A DNA stretch of 64,000 nt from a virus (Duplodnaviria; Caudoviricetes), in the IMG/VR virus record IMGVR_UViG_2690315896_000002, positions 2,287 through 66,286 of that record; one strand, given 5' to 3'. The position numbers and the translations under genes were made by a program. Under the pieces are notes generated by a model. It saw only the letters and a list, made by a program, of their open reading frames with translations. It was not told where the DNA came from and did no database searches. Positions 62,616 through 64,000 of the stretch are shown one piece after another. The number at the start of each line of letters is the position of its first letter. Position 1 is the stretch's first letter.

Positions 62616-62864
62616 ATGAAACACACAGTTACAGAACCTGCCACCCCAGGAAATACCTTCCACCCTCTGGGCGCGGAATGGGTGCTCGCCACGAAATTCG
62701 CGGAAATGACTGGCGTCTCTCCGATGACCGTCCATAACCGCCGTCGAGCCGGAACCTGGCTGGACGGTATTCATTGCGGTGTCGTGGACAGGCACCTCTA
62801 TGTAAACATCAAGGAAGCAGACCAGTGGATAAAAAAGCAGCTCCAACAACTCCGGCGGGCATAA
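62616..62864 (+). CDS. xis: Excisionase
   Basis: WV...KFAEMTG......RR..G.W.DG.H.......YVN......W; overlaps integrase start. Confidence 0.8.
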   Translation: MKHTVTEPATPGNTFHPLGAEWVLATKFAEMTGVSPMTVHNRRRAGTWLDGIHCGVVDRHLYVNIKEADQWIKKQLQQLRRA

Positions 62865-64000
62865 CAATCCGGGAAATGGCAACGGGGGCGCGAATTCAGA
62901 TCGCGTTTTCGTGGCACGGGCAGCAATGCAGAGAGCTGTTGCCACCTAGCCCGGTCAACAAGGGAAGCATCCTGTATGCCGCCAACCTTCGTGCGGAGAT
63001 CCGCCGGAAAATCAAGGATGGAACATTCGCCTACGCTGAATACTTCCCGGACAGTGCCAAGGCCAAGGCCCCCGACCCCCATTCCTGCTTGATGGAGGAG
63101 CTACTGGGGAAGCAGCTGGAGCTCTACCGCAAACAGGTGGAGAACGGGCAGATGTCGCCAGCGACGTTCCGTGGCTACGAAAAGAGCATCACCGGCGAAC
63201 GGATGCGACGCTGGCACAGCAACAAGCTGCGCGAGATCACGCCCTCCGCTCTTCGGGAGTGGATCAGCGAGATGGACTGCACAAGCAAGGCCATACGGAA
63301 CATGCTGATCCCGCTGCGCAGCGTCTTCGAAGATGCGCTCAACGACGGGCTCATCGAGTTCAACCCCTTCGATCGACTCGCGCTTACCAAGCTCATCCGC
63401 CAAACGAGCAGGGCCAGCGACTATGTGATCCAGCCTTTCACCCATACAGAGCGCGCGCAGATTCTGCAGGCGTGCCGAGAGGATGAGCGGCCGATGATCC
63501 AGTTCTGGTTCAACTCTGGATTGCGCCCGGGCGAGCTGCAGGCCCTCGAGTGGAAACACATCGACTGGGAGAAGGCAACTGCCCGGATCGAGCAGAACCA
63601 GGTCGTGGGTGTGCTCAAGGCACCGAAAACGGCGGCAGGCATCCGCAGCGTGGACCTGAACTTCGAAGCCATGGAGGCGCTGCGAGCGCAGAAGGCATTC
63701 AGCATGCTCCGCGGCGCACGGGTGTGGCTCAACCCCCGGACGCTGGAGCCCTGGACAACGGATGCCCAGGTGCGCAAGACAGTCTGGATGCCCCTCATGC
63801 AGCGTTCCGGCATCCAGTACCGGAACCCCTATCAGGTGCGGCATACCTACGCATCCTCCGTTCTGACGGCCGGCGCTAACCCCTGGTATGTCGCCCAGCA
63901 ACTGGGCCATGAGGATGTGGAGATGGTCTTTCGCACATACGGGAAGTTCATCCGCGAGGACTACCAGAAGCCCCGGGCGCCCCTCCAGGTCGTAGGCTGA
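62825..64000 (+). CDS. int: Tyrosine integrase with arm-binding N-terminal domain
   Basis: SGLRPGE, APKT, YQVRHT, QLGH, TYG; probable GTG start. Confidence 0.93.
   Translation: MDKKAAPTTPAGITIREMATGARIQIAFSWHGQQCRELLPPSPVNKGSILYAANLRAEIRRKIKDGTFAYAEYFPDSAKAKAPDPHSCLMEELLGKQLELYRKQVENGQMSPATFRGYEKSITGERMRRWHSNKLREITPSALREWISEMDCTSKAIRNMLIPLRSVFEDALNDGLIEFNPFDRLALTKLIRQTSRASDYVIQPFTHTERAQILQACREDERPMIQFWFNSGLRPGELQALEWKHIDWEKATARIEQNQVVGVLKAPKTAAGIRSVDLNFEAMEALRAQKAFSMLRGARVWLNPRTLEPWTTDAQVRKTVWMPLMQRSGIQYRNPYQVRHTYASSVLTAGANPWYVAQQLGHEDVEMVFRTYGKFIREDYQKPRAPLQVVG

Larger units (their letters stand above)
1..64000. mobile_element. Temperate phage/prophage, Bcep22-like organisation (podophage-like, no tape measure seen)
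   Basis: Integrase/xis, immunity switch, replication, terminase, portal, capsid, DarB-like giant protein and lysis genes in coherent order; att sites not visible. Confidence 0.93.

Noticed and set aside
63826-63850. Integrase YxxRH instead of HxxRH as a sign of inactivation
   Set aside because: Common variant in this integrase subfamily; other catalytic residues are intact.

Overview
The window holds an almost complete temperate phage or prophage of about 64 kb. It is GC-rich, and its gene content suggests a betaproteobacterial, probably Comamonadaceae-like, host (inference). The layout resembles Bcep22-like podophages. The minus strand carries, in transcription order: cro, replication genes O/P-like, Rha/KilA-C, RusA, a winged-helix regulator, TerS/TerL, portal, scaffold, an N4-gp56-type capsid, a CsrA-like protein, virion and receptor-binding genes, ejection proteins, a ~4,600-aa DarB-like polyvalent protein, and lysis genes (holin, SAR endolysin, truncated spanin). 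The plus strand carries a short repressor and an early operon (vWA, RecT, YqaJ, KTSC, YfdP/YfdQ, J-domain, xis) ending in a tyrosine integrase at the window edge. The most notable features are hidden ones. (1) A sigma70-driven ~87-nt rod-shaped RNA is encoded antisense inside the giant gene, just after its LPD3/BECR RNase-like domain. (2) Three small out-of-frame genes, one with its own promoter, are overprinted in the giant gene's linkers. (3) A six-copy late promoter, GYATAGGGYT-N22-xAxxxT, is mostly leaderless. (4) A LexA box controls a gene convergent on a non-cleavable repressor. (5) A repeated 16-nt hairpin leader lies next to the CsrA-like gene. All family names come from motif recognition, not database searches.
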